From Cryobacterium sp. (lineage in GTDB: Bacteria; Actinomycetota; Actinomycetes; Actinomycetales; Microbacteriaceae): a stretch of 33,773 nucleotides of DNA. A program made the position numbers and the translations under genes. Positions 25,410-33,773 of this stretch are shown in pieces. How positions within the stretch are numbered: position 1 is the stretch's first letter; each line of letters begins with the position of its first letter. The notes below the pieces were generated by a model. That model ran no database searches, was not told the origin of the DNA, and saw only the letters and a list, made by a program, of their open reading frames with translations. The stretch is taken from the NCBI GenBank assembly GCA_039924805.1, contig JBDTAA010000116.1, positions 1 through 33,773 on the forward strand, read 5' to 3'.

Positions 25410-26393
25410 CTAGAGCCACTTCTCGGCGAGGTGCTCGGCGACGACGCGACGGGCGGTGCCCGAACGCGACCGCAGCACGATGCTCTCGGTGCGGATCATC
25501 GGGCCCTTACGGCGCACGCCGTCGACGAGTCCGCCGTCGGTGACACCGGTCGCCACGAAGAACGTGTTGTTGCCGCTGACCATGTCGTCGAGTTCGAGCA
25601 GCTTGTCGACGTCGAGTCCGGCCTCGACCGCCTTCGCACGCTCAGCGTCGTTGCCCGGGGCGAGACGGCCCTGCATGTAACCGCCGAGCGCCTTGAGCGC
25701 GCACGCCGTCGTGATGCCCTCGGGGCTTCCGCCGACACCGACGCACATGTCGATGCGCGTTTCGTAGCGGGCCGCGTTGATCCCGCCGGCAACGTCGCCG
25801 TCGAGCATCAGCCTGGTGCCGGCACCCGCGGTGCGAATCGCGTCGATGAGTCCCGCGTGGCGGGGACGATCGAGCACGGCAACGGTCATTTCGCCCACCG
25901 GTTTGCCGATGGCCTTGGCGAGTTCGCGCAGGTTGTCGCCGATGGACTGGTCGAGGCTGACGACCCCCCGACCGGCGGCTCCGGTGACGATCTTGTCCAT
26001 GTAGAACACGGACGACGCGTCGAGCATGGTGCCGCGGTCGGAGACGGCGATCACGGAGATGGCGTTCTGGCGGCCCGCAGCCGTGAGGCTGGTTCCGTCG
26101 ATCGGGTCAACGGCAATGTCGCAGGCGGGACCGCGGCCGGTGCCGACACGCTCGCCATTGAAGAGCATCGGGGCTTCGTCCTTCTCGCCCTCACCGATGA
26201 CGATGAGCCCGTCGAAGTTGACGGTTGCGAGGAACGCGCGCATGGCGTCAACGGCCGCCTTGTCGGCGGCGTTCTTGTCGCCTCGGCCGATGAAGGGCAC
26301 GGCGCGAATGGCGGCGGCCTCGGTCGCGCGCACGAGCTCCATGGCCAGGTTGCGGTCGGGGTGCGTATAGAGGATGGGGTCAGTGCTGTTCAC
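25410..26393 (-). CDS. glpX: Class II fructose-1,6-bisphosphatase
   Basis: PDRNLAMELVRATEAAA, IGEGEKDEAPML, VDPIDGT, FYMDK; GTG 26393. Confidence 0.96.
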   Translation of the reverse strand: MNSTDPILYTHPDRNLAMELVRATEAAAIRAVPFIGRGDKNAADKAAVDAMRAFLATVNFDGLIVIGEGEKDEAPMLFNGERVGTGRGPACDIAVDPIDGTSLTAAGRQNAISVIAVSDRGTMLDASSVFYMDKIVTGAAGRGVVSLDQSIGDNLRELAKAIGKPVGEMTVAVLDRPRHAGLIDAIRTAGAGTRLMLDGDVAGGINAARYETRIDMCVGVGGSPEGITTACALKALGGYMQGRLAPGNDAERAKAVEAGLDVDKLLELDDMVSGNNTFFVATGVTDGGLVDGVRRKGPMIRTESIVLRSRSGTARRVVAEHLAEKWL

Positions 26394-26587
26394 AAATGGT
26401 CCTTCCCGGACGAAGCGTGTTGCAGTGGCGAAGCCCGTCTCTGGGCCGGCGCGGGCAGGCCGGAGCCACCTCGGCAAGCTTAGCGTCGCCCCCGGGGGCC
26501 CGCGCGTTTTCCGTCATGGTCTGCGCCCCTGCCCAGCGGCTCTCGGTAGTATTGAGCCACCCAGAGCCGGATACCCCAGGAGACGCT

Positions 26588-27613
26588 ATGCCAATTGCAA
26601 CCCCCGACCAGTACGCCGAAATGCTTGACAAGGCCAAGAACAAGGGATTCGCCTACCCCGCGTTCAACGTCTCGTCCTCGCAGACCATCAACGCGGTGCT
26701 GCAGGGCCTCACCGAGGCCGGCTCCGACGGCATCATCCAGGTCACCACGGGCGGTGCCGACTACTTCGCCGGCCACACCGTGAAGAACCGCGCATCCGGA
26801 GCCCTCGCCTTCGCCCGGTACGTGCACTCGGTCGCCGACAACTACCCGGTCACCGTGGCGCTGCACACCGACCACTGCCCCAAGGGCGCCCTGGACGACT
26901 TCGTCATGCCGCTGCTCGCCGCCTCCGAAGACGAGGTCAAGGCCGGCCGCAACCCGATCTTCCAGTCCCACATGTGGGACGGCTCCTCCGTGCCACTCGC
27001 CGAGAACCTCGAGATCGCGAAGGACATGCTCAAGCGCACCCGTGCGATCAATGCGATCCTCGAAGTCGAGATCGGCGTTGTCGGCGGGGAAGAAGACGGC
27101 GTTAGCCACGACATCAACGACAAGCTGTACACGACCCTCGACGACGCCATCGCGCTGGTCTATGCCCTCGGTCACGGCGAGCAGGGCCGGTACATGTCTG
27201 CCCTCACCTTCGGCAACGTGCACGGCGTGTACAAGCCCGGCAACGTCAAGCTGCGCCCGGAGCTGCTCAAGGACATCCAGGAGGGCCTGGCCGCGAAGTA
27301 CGGCACCGGCCCGAAGCCCCTGGACCTCGTCTTCCACGGCGGATCCGGGTCGACCGACGCCGAGATCGCCGAAGCCGTCGCCAACGGTGTCATCAAGATG
27401 AACATCGACACGGACACCCAATACGCGTTCACCCGTTCGATCGCCGACTACATGCTCAAGAACTACGACAGCGTGCTCAAGGTCGACGGCGAGGTCGGCA
27501 ACAAGAAGGTCTACGACCCCCGCGCCTGGGGCAAGGTGGCCGAGTCCGCGATGGCAGCGCGCGTCGTCGACTCGACCCGGCAGCTTGGCTCGGCCGGGCA
27601 CTCGAACAGCTAG
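26588..27613 (+). CDS. fbaA: Class II fructose-bisphosphate aldolase
   Basis: MPIATPDQY, LHTDHC, FGNVHGVYKPG, VFHGGSG, KMNIDTD. Confidence 0.97.
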   Translation: MPIATPDQYAEMLDKAKNKGFAYPAFNVSSSQTINAVLQGLTEAGSDGIIQVTTGGADYFAGHTVKNRASGALAFARYVHSVADNYPVTVALHTDHCPKGALDDFVMPLLAASEDEVKAGRNPIFQSHMWDGSSVPLAENLEIAKDMLKRTRAINAILEVEIGVVGGEEDGVSHDINDKLYTTLDDAIALVYALGHGEQGRYMSALTFGNVHGVYKPGNVKLRPELLKDIQEGLAAKYGTGPKPLDLVFHGGSGSTDAEIAEAVANGVIKMNIDTDTQYAFTRSIADYMLKNYDSVLKVDGEVGNKKVYDPRAWGKVAESAMAARVVDSTRQLGSAGHSNS

Positions 27614-27621
27614 CAGCAGGG

Positions 27622-28197
27622 ATGATGGCAGAGAACCCAACCGACCAGACTCCGGCGGCCACCCCGCCGAAGGACAACCGCCCCAAACCGAAGTACGGGG
27701 AGCTCGCGCCGGAAGGCTGGAGCTGGACGCCGCCCCAGGGCGACACCGGCATCCCGGCCATCCCACTCGCGCCGGGGGCCACATCGGGCGTCCCAACCGC
27801 ACCGACCGCCGACGCCGCGCCCGGGCCTGCCCGCGCACGGGCGTGGGATCGACCGGTCACTCTCGCGCTGCTCGTCTTCGGGCTGCTCGCGACGTTCTTC
27901 ACCGTCTCGGTGCTTGGAACGCTGCCCCAGGCCCTGCAGATGCTGTACACGCAGCAGGATCTGGGCACCTACACGCCGGACGTGGCGGTGGTGCCCCTGA
28001 TAACGGCCGGACGTTTCGTTGAGGGTGGAATCTGGATCGCGACGGCCGTGGTCTCGATCCTGCGGCTCCGCAAGGGCCGCCGCGCCTTCTACGTGCCGCT
28101 GATCGGCGGTGTCGTGTCGGTGATTGCGCTCTTCGTGTTCATCTCGGCGGTGCTGGCCACCGACCCGACCCTGCTCGACTCCGTCGGCCGTATCTAG
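27622..28197 (+). CDS. Membrane protein (DUF6264-like)
   Basis: RPKPKYGELAP N-terminus, WDRPVT, three hydrophobic segments, RRAFYVPL. Confidence 0.75.
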   Translation: MMAENPTDQTPAATPPKDNRPKPKYGELAPEGWSWTPPQGDTGIPAIPLAPGATSGVPTAPTADAAPGPARARAWDRPVTLALLVFGLLATFFTVSVLGTLPQALQMLYTQQDLGTYTPDVAVVPLITAGRFVEGGIWIATAVVSILRLRKGRRAFYVPLIGGVVSVIALFVFISAVLATDPTLLDSVGRI

Positions 28198-28211
28198 CGG
28201 CTCGCCGCGCG

Positions 28212-29267
28212 CTACTCCGGGCGCGCGGCCCGGCTGCCCTTGAGGCCCGTGCGAAGCTCCTTCGGCAGGGAGAAGATCAGGTCTTCCTCGGCCGTCTTCA
28301 CCGGCACGACGTCGGCGTAGCCCGCATCCGCGAGGGCGGAGAGTAGTTCGTCGACGAGTTCCTCCGGAACGGATGCCCCGCTCGTGACGCCGACGGTGTT
28401 CACCCCGTCGAGCCACTCCTGCTTGACCTCGCTGGCGTAGTCGACCCGGTACGCGGCCTTGGCGCCGTACTCCAGGGCAACCTCGACGAGGCGCACCGAG
28501 TTGGACGAGTTCGCGGAGCCGACGACGATGACGAGGTCCGAGTCGTGCGCGACCTTCTTGATCGCCACCTGGCGGTTCTGGGTGGCGTAACAAATGTCGT
28601 CGCTCGGCGGGTCCTGCAGCAGAGGGAACCGCGTGCGGAGGCGGCGCACGGTCTCCATGGTTTCGTCCACGCTCAACGTCGTCTGCGACAGCCAGACCAC
28701 CTTGGCCGGGTTGCGCACCTCGACGGTGTCGGCCTCATCGGGGCTGCCGACGAGTGTCGTGTGCTCCGGTGCCTCCCCCGCGGTGCCCTCGACCTCTTCG
28801 TGGCCCTCGTGGCCGATGAGCAGGATCTCGAAGTCGTCGCGGGCGAAGCGCACGGCCTCGCGGTGCACCTTGGTGACGAGCGGGCAGGTGGCGTCGATCG
28901 CCTGAAGGCCGCGAGCGGCGGCGGCGTTCACGACGGCCGGCGAGACGCCGTGAGCGCTGAAGACGATGTGCGAGCCCGTCGGCACTTCGTCGACCTCGTC
29001 GACGAAGATGGCGCCCTTGTGCTCGAGTTCGGCGACGACGTGGGTGTTGTGCACGATCTGCTTGCGTACGTAGACCGGCGCGCCATAGTGCTCCAGGGCC
29101 TTCTCCACGGCGATGACTGCCCGGTCGACGCCGGCGCAGTAACCGCGCGGGGCGGCCAGGAGCACCCGCTTGGGTCCGTTCACCGGGGTATCCTTGAGCC
29201 TGCCCGGCGCACTCAGTATCCGAGGCATGCCGAGGCCGATCACGGGCGAATTCGTACTGATGGTCAC
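28212..29267 (-). CDS. ispH: 4-hydroxy-3-methylbut-2-enyl diphosphate reductase
   Basis: [47 protein letters not shown]. Confidence 0.97.
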   Translation of the reverse strand: MTISTNSPVIGLGMPRILSAPGRLKDTPVNGPKRVLLAAPRGYCAGVDRAVIAVEKALEHYGAPVYVRKQIVHNTHVVAELEHKGAIFVDEVDEVPTGSHIVFSAHGVSPAVVNAAAARGLQAIDATCPLVTKVHREAVRFARDDFEILLIGHEGHEEVEGTAGEAPEHTTLVGSPDEADTVEVRNPAKVVWLSQTTLSVDETMETVRRLRTRFPLLQDPPSDDICYATQNRQVAIKKVAHDSDLVIVVGSANSSNSVRLVEVALEYGAKAAYRVDYASEVKQEWLDGVNTVGVTSGASVPEELVDELLSALADAGYADVVPVKTAEEDLIFSLPKELRTGLKGSRAARPE

Positions 29268-29320
29268 GGTTCCAGTCTAGGCGAGCACGCCTGAACGGGT
29301 TCCGTGGGAGGAGACCAGCA

Positions 29321-30523
29321 ATGACCAGTGGCCCGACCACCGTCGAGACCCCATGGCCCGTTGCGCTGTTGGCCGGCAAGATTCGCGACTACATCGACCG
29401 CCTCGGCACCGTTTGGGTGGAGGGCGAGATCACCCAGTGGGGCCAGAGCGGCGGCAACGTCTACGGCAAACTGAAAGACCTGAAAGAGGACGCAACGGTC
29501 GGCTTCACAGTGTGGTCGTCGGTGCGGGCGAAACTGACCAACGACTTCAAACAGGGCGACCGCGTCATTGCCCTCGTCAAACCCAACTACTGGGTCAAGG
29601 GCGGCACGCTGATGATGCAGGTGTTCGAGCTGCGCCACGTCGGCCTCGGCGACATGCTCGAGCGTCTCGAGCGGCTACGCAAGCAGCTCGCCGGCGAGGG
29701 GCTCTTCGACCAGTCGCGCAAGAAGAGACTCCCGTTCCTGCCGCATTGCATCGGCCTGGTTACCGGCAAGGACTCGGACGCCGAGAAAGACGTCATCCGC
29801 AATGCCCAGCTGCGCTGGCCCGCTGTCAACTTCCGGGTCGCGCACGCGGCCGTGCAGGGCGACCGCATGGTCTCCGAGGTGACCGCTGCAATCAGGCGGC
29901 TCGACGCCGATCCGGAGGTCGACGTGATCATCGTCGCGCGCGGCGGCGGCGACTTCCAGAACCTGCTCGGCTTCAGCGACGAGTCCCTCATCCGTGCCGC
30001 GGCCGCCTGCGGGACCCCCCTCGTCAGCGCGGTCGGCCATGAGGCAGACCGGCCGCTGCTCGACGATGTCTCCGACCTTCGCGCGTCCACCCCGACGGAT
30101 GCGGCCAAACGCGTAGTCCCCGACGTCGCAGAGGAACTGAACCGGGTGCAGCAGGCCCGCGCCCGCCTCAGCACGCGCCTCACCGGCATTCTCTCCACCG
30201 AGGTCGACCGGATCGGCCAGCTCCGCTCCCGCCCGGCGCTGGCCTCGGCGACCTGGATCATCGACGCCAGGAGCGAAGACCTCACGCGTTACGTCGCCAG
30301 GGGCACCGAGCTCGCCGGCCGGGTCGTCGAGCGCGCGACCGCCGCCATCGTCGATCTGCGCTCGCAGCTTCGCGCGCTCTCCCCGCAGGGAACCCTCGAC
30401 CGCGGATACGCCATCGTGCAGCTGCCCGATGACCGCGTCGTGTTCGCCCCGGAGCAGGCGCCCGGCGGCACGGAGCTGCACATCACCCTCGCCCGCGGAA
30501 TCGTGAATGCCGTGTCGAAATAG
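29321..30523 (+). CDS. xseA: Exodeoxyribonuclease VII large subunit
   Basis: VWVEGEI OB-fold, [29 protein letters not shown]. Confidence 0.96.
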   Translation: MTSGPTTVETPWPVALLAGKIRDYIDRLGTVWVEGEITQWGQSGGNVYGKLKDLKEDATVGFTVWSSVRAKLTNDFKQGDRVIALVKPNYWVKGGTLMMQVFELRHVGLGDMLERLERLRKQLAGEGLFDQSRKKRLPFLPHCIGLVTGKDSDAEKDVIRNAQLRWPAVNFRVAHAAVQGDRMVSEVTAAIRRLDADPEVDVIIVARGGGDFQNLLGFSDESLIRAAAACGTPLVSAVGHEADRPLLDDVSDLRASTPTDAAKRVVPDVAEELNRVQQARARLSTRLTGILSTEVDRIGQLRSRPALASATWIIDARSEDLTRYVARGTELAGRVVERATAAIVDLRSQLRALSPQGTLDRGYAIVQLPDDRVVFAPEQAPGGTELHITLARGIVNAVSK

Positions 30524-30533
30524 AATGGATGTC

Positions 30534-30761
30534 ATGACCCAGCTCGCAGACGATATCAGCGCCCTCAGCTATGAGCAGGCGCGCGACGAACTCATCCGGG
30601 TTGTCAACGACCTCGAACAGGGATCGGCGACGCTCGAGGAGTCCCTGGCCCTCTGGGAGCGTGGGGAGGCCCTCGCTCGCCGCTGCGAGGAATGGCTGAT
30701 CGGTGCGAAGGCTCGGCTGGATGCCGCCCGCGCCGGCCAGGTCGCCGCAGCATCCGAGTGA
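30534..30761 (+). CDS. xseB: Exodeoxyribonuclease VII small subunit
   Basis: [31 protein letters not shown]. Confidence 0.95.
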   Translation: MTQLADDISALSYEQARDELIRVVNDLEQGSATLEESLALWERGEALARRCEEWLIGAKARLDAARAGQVAAASE

Positions 30762-31420
30762 TGAGCGCCGCCAAACGCCCACCCCGGATCGTCGCGGAAC
30801 TGGGCCGCCCGGAGACGCCCGAGGAGACGGCCGCCCGGCTGGCCGAAAACTCGCGCACCTACCGATCCCGCAAGACCGTCAACAACCTGGTGCTGTCGCT
30901 GCTGGCCACCCTCGCCACCGTGCTGGTCCTGGTGCTGATCGTGCCGCGCAGCGACACCCCCATCGATCGCTCGGTCGACTACCGCACAGTCGTCAGCCAG
31001 GTTCAGTCGAGCGTCAACGAGCCGCTCGTGAGCCCCACGTTGCCGGCCGGCTGGCGGGCAAACGCCGCCGAGTGGCGCTCCGGGGGCGGTGACAAGGTCG
31101 CCTCCCTCTACATCGGGCTCCTCACCCCCGGCAACCAATTCATCGGACTGACCCAGGGCATCGACGCGAACCCCAGCTGGGTGAGCCAGCAGCTGCAGGG
31201 CGCCGCGGCCTCGGACACGCTCGCGATCGACGGCGTCCGCTGGGATGTCTACCGCAACGCCGCGCCCGAGGGCGACCGAGGCAACTTCGACACTGCGCTC
31301 GTGACGACCGCCGGCGCGAGCACCTACCTGCTCATCGGCACGGCCACCGAGGCGGAATTCGAGGCGCTGGCCGGCGAACTCGCCGGGCCGATCACCCAGA
31401 ACGTCGGAGGCTTGGAATGA
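30761..31420 (+). CDS. DUF4245 domain protein
   Basis: Single TM (NLVLSLLATL...), PTLPAGWRAN, YIGLLTP; usual position after xseB in Actinobacteria. Confidence 0.85.
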   Translation: MSAAKRPPRIVAELGRPETPEETAARLAENSRTYRSRKTVNNLVLSLLATLATVLVLVLIVPRSDTPIDRSVDYRTVVSQVQSSVNEPLVSPTLPAGWRANAAEWRSGGGDKVASLYIGLLTPGNQFIGLTQGIDANPSWVSQQLQGAAASDTLAIDGVRWDVYRNAAPEGDRGNFDTALVTTAGASTYLLIGTATEAEFEALAGELAGPITQNVGGLE

Positions 31421-32073
31421 CACGACCGCAACGCGCCCAACCGCTGACGCCCGCGAAGGTCTGGAGCGAGCTGCGTCGGGGCAACGAACGATTCGTCAAC
31501 GGCGAGCCGAGCCATCCGCGCCAGGACGTCGACCGCCGCGCCGAACTCGCGTTCACCCAGACCCCGGTCGCGGCCCTGTTCGGCTGCAGCGATTCCCGTC
31601 TGGCCGCCGAGATCATCTTCGACAAGGGACTTGGCGACCTGTTCGTTGTCCGCAACGCCGGACAGGTGATCTCCGGCTCGGTGCTCGGCTCGCTCGAATA
31701 CGCCGTCGCAATCCTGCACGTGCCGCTCATCCTCGTGCTCGGCCATGACCGCTGCGGGGCTGTGCGTGCGGCGATCGAGTCGCAGGCACAGGATGCCAGT
31801 CCGCTGCCCGTTCACATCGCATCGATCATCGAGAAGATCGTTCCCGCCGTTCGCCGGGTGAGCGGTGTCGCCGATGACGCGCCCATCGACCTGGGCGCCA
31901 TCGACGAGCCTGCCGTCGGCCGGGAGCATCTCAGGGACACGGTCGCCGAATTGCTCGAACGCTCCGAGATGATCAGCGCCGCCGTAGCAGACGGTACATT
32001 GGCGATAGTCGGAGCGAACTACAGCCTCCTCGAAGGACGAGCTGACCTCGACATCGTCGTGGGCGTCGTCTAA
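31417..32073 (+). CDS. Beta-class carbonic anhydrase
   Basis: GNERFV, FGCSDSR, FVVRNAG, LGHDRCGA. Confidence 0.95.
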   Translation: MTRPQRAQPLTPAKVWSELRRGNERFVNGEPSHPRQDVDRRAELAFTQTPVAALFGCSDSRLAAEIIFDKGLGDLFVVRNAGQVISGSVLGSLEYAVAILHVPLILVLGHDRCGAVRAAIESQAQDASPLPVHIASIIEKIVPAVRRVSGVADDAPIDLGAIDEPAVGREHLRDTVAELLERSEMISAAVADGTLAIVGANYSLLEGRADLDIVVGVV

Positions 32074-32094
32074 CGCGCTACCGCACGCAACTGC

Positions 32095-32139
32095 AGCACA
32101 CACAGATTTAGCACGCACGGACTCAGCACGCACAGAACC
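32095..32139 (+). repeat. 15-bp imperfect tandem repeat x3 upstream of fumC
   Basis: AGCACACACAGATTT AGCACGCACGGACTC AGCACGCACAGAACC. Confidence 0.7.
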
Positions 32140-32156
32140 GAAAGGGAACACACACA

Positions 32157-33572
32157 GTGGTGGACAACTCAGCAGACACCGGATACCGGATCGAGCACGA
32201 CACGATGGGCGAGGTGCGCGTGCCTATGGATGCGCTCTACGGCGCCCAGACGCAGCGGGCCGTCGAGAACTTCCCGATCTCCGGCTCCGTGCTCGAGTCG
32301 GCGCAGATCGCGGCCCTCGCCCGGATCAAGAAGTCGGCTGCCCTCGCCAACGCTCGCCTCGGTGTGCTCGATGGTGCCATTGCCACCGCAATATCCCGGG
32401 CCGCCGACGAGGTCATCACAGGCCGCTACGACGGCGAGTTCCCCATCGACGTCTACCAGACCGGCAGCGGAACCTCCTCGAACATGAACATGAACGAGGT
32501 TCTCGCGACCCTCGCCACCCGCACTCTCGGCAGTGCGGTGCACCCCAACGACCACGTCAACGCGTCCCAGTCGTCGAACGACGTGTTCCCCACCTCGGTA
32601 CACATCGCCGTCACGAGCGCGCTCATTGACGATCTCATCCCTGCCCTCGACCACCTCGCCGTGGCCCTCGAGGAGAAGGCCGTTCTCTGGGCCGGCGCCG
32701 TCAAGGCCGGCCGTACCCACCTGATGGACGCCACCCCGGTCACCCTTGGACAGGAGTTCGGCGGCTACGCCCGCCAGATGCGACTCGGCATCGAGCGCGT
32801 GCAGTCGGCGCTCCCCCGCGTCGCCGAGGTTCCCCTCGGCGGAACCGCCGTCGGCACCGGCATCAACACGCCTGCCGGCTTCCCACAGCTCGTGATCGAG
32901 CTGCTCTGCGAAGAAACCGAACTGCCGATCACCGAGGCGCGCGACCACTTCGAGGCGCAGGCGAACCGTGACGGCCTCGTCGACGCATCCGGCGCGCTGC
33001 GCACGATCGCCGTCAGCCTCACCAAGATCTGCAACGACCTGCGCTGGATGGGCTCCGGTCCAAACGCCGGCATCGGAGAACTACACATCCCCGACCTGCA
33101 GCCGGGCTCCTCGATCATGCCGGGCAAGGTCAACCCGGTCATCCCCGAGGCCGTGCTCATGGTCTGCTCGCGGGTCATCGGCAACGATGCGACGATCGCC
33201 TGGTCGGGCGCGTCCGGCGCGTTCGAACTCAACACCGCCATCCCGGTGATGGGAACGGCGCTGCTCGAGTCGATCCGTCTGCTCTCGAACGCGAGCCGCG
33301 TGCTCGCAGACAAGACCGTTGACGGCCTGCAGGCCAACCTCGAGCGTGCACGCGCGCTCGCGGAGTCCTCCCCGGCGATCGTCACGCCGCTGAACCGCGT
33401 GATCGGCTACGAGGCGGCCGCGAAGGTTGCCAAGCACGCGGTAGCCGAGGCCCTCACCGTGCGCGAATCCGTTATCGCCCTCGGCTTCGTGGAGCGCGGT
33501 GAGGTCACGCTCGAGCAGCTTGACGTCGCACTCGACGTGCTGAGCATGACCCGCCCACCGCAGGCGACCTAG
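32157..33572 (+). CDS. fumC: Class II fumarate hydratase
   Basis: [50 protein letters not shown]. Confidence 0.96.
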   Translation: MVDNSADTGYRIEHDTMGEVRVPMDALYGAQTQRAVENFPISGSVLESAQIAALARIKKSAALANARLGVLDGAIATAISRAADEVITGRYDGEFPIDVYQTGSGTSSNMNMNEVLATLATRTLGSAVHPNDHVNASQSSNDVFPTSVHIAVTSALIDDLIPALDHLAVALEEKAVLWAGAVKAGRTHLMDATPVTLGQEFGGYARQMRLGIERVQSALPRVAEVPLGGTAVGTGINTPAGFPQLVIELLCEETELPITEARDHFEAQANRDGLVDASGALRTIAVSLTKICNDLRWMGSGPNAGIGELHIPDLQPGSSIMPGKVNPVIPEAVLMVCSRVIGNDATIAWSGASGAFELNTAIPVMGTALLESIRLLSNASRVLADKTVDGLQANLERARALAESSPAIVTPLNRVIGYEAAAKVAKHAVAEALTVRESVIALGFVERGEVTLEQLDVALDVLSMTRPPQAT

Positions 33573-33581
33573 CAGACACCT

Positions 33582-33655
33582 CGTCGAGATTGGCTGTTCC
33601 GGTCGAGTTGCCCTGTTCCGCCGGGCAAACTCGACCGGAACGGTCAAGGTCGGCG
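33582..33655. repeat. REP-like long palindrome, copy 2 (between convergent fumC and the PhoH-family gene)
   Basis: GTTCCGGTCGAGTTGCCC-TGTTCCGCC-GGGCAAACTCGACCGGAAC. Confidence 0.75.
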
Positions 33656-33773
33656 CTAGGTGGGGGCGTTGCCCTCGAGCATCTCGGTCACCAGGGCGGC
33701 GATCGCGCTTCGCTCTGAGCGGGTGAGCGTCATGTGCGCGAACAGCGGATGCCCCTTGAGCGTCTCGATCACG
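33656..33773 (-). CDS. PhoH family protein, C-terminal end (partial)
   Basis: Minus strand [38 protein letters not shown]; matches the PhoH2-type C-terminus, which commonly converges on fumC. Confidence 0.85.
   Translation of the reverse strand, partial: VIETLKGHPLFAHMTLTRSERSAIAALVTEMLEGNAPT

Noticed and set aside
32081-32139. Short repeats here and at 8638-8674 and 25223-25282 as CRISPR-like arrays
   Set aside because: Units are 15-16 bp, adjacent, without unique spacers, and there are no cas genes in the window.

Overview
High-GC actinobacterial chromosome segment. The gene set and order suggest a Microbacteriaceae-like organism (inference). The left core holds an oligopeptide ABC transporter (oppA-B-C-D, minus strand), a DCC1-like thiol-disulfide protein, a CPBP protease, and the gcvT-gcvH-gcvP operon under a tandem glycine riboswitch. 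The right core holds ychF (1-bp frameshift), a DnaQ-like exonuclease, rmuC, glpX/fbaA, ispH, xseAB, DUF4245, carbonic anhydrase, fumC and the end of a PhoH-family gene. Between them (about 10.6-22.1 kb) is a patchwork accessory region. It carries TetR, ABC-F, LON-N, a truncated LysR, a CsoR/CstR-like repressor, a HhH-GPD glycosylase, a hydrolase, two small CxxC-CxxC proteins, an HTH regulator with transaldolase, and a DUF952-(DUF2945 pseudogene)-DUF488-ATL-UDG putative DNA-repair operon. The most notable sequence-level signal is a 595-bp integrase-less one-gene cassette bounded by a duplication of the ychF 3' end, whose rejoined ends form a perfect attP-like palindrome. Other signals are PafBC/RecA-NDp-type promoters, TetR and CsoR operators, and a dispersed REP-like palindrome. 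No rRNA, tRNA, CRISPR array or transposase was seen. All family calls come from motif recognition without database searches.
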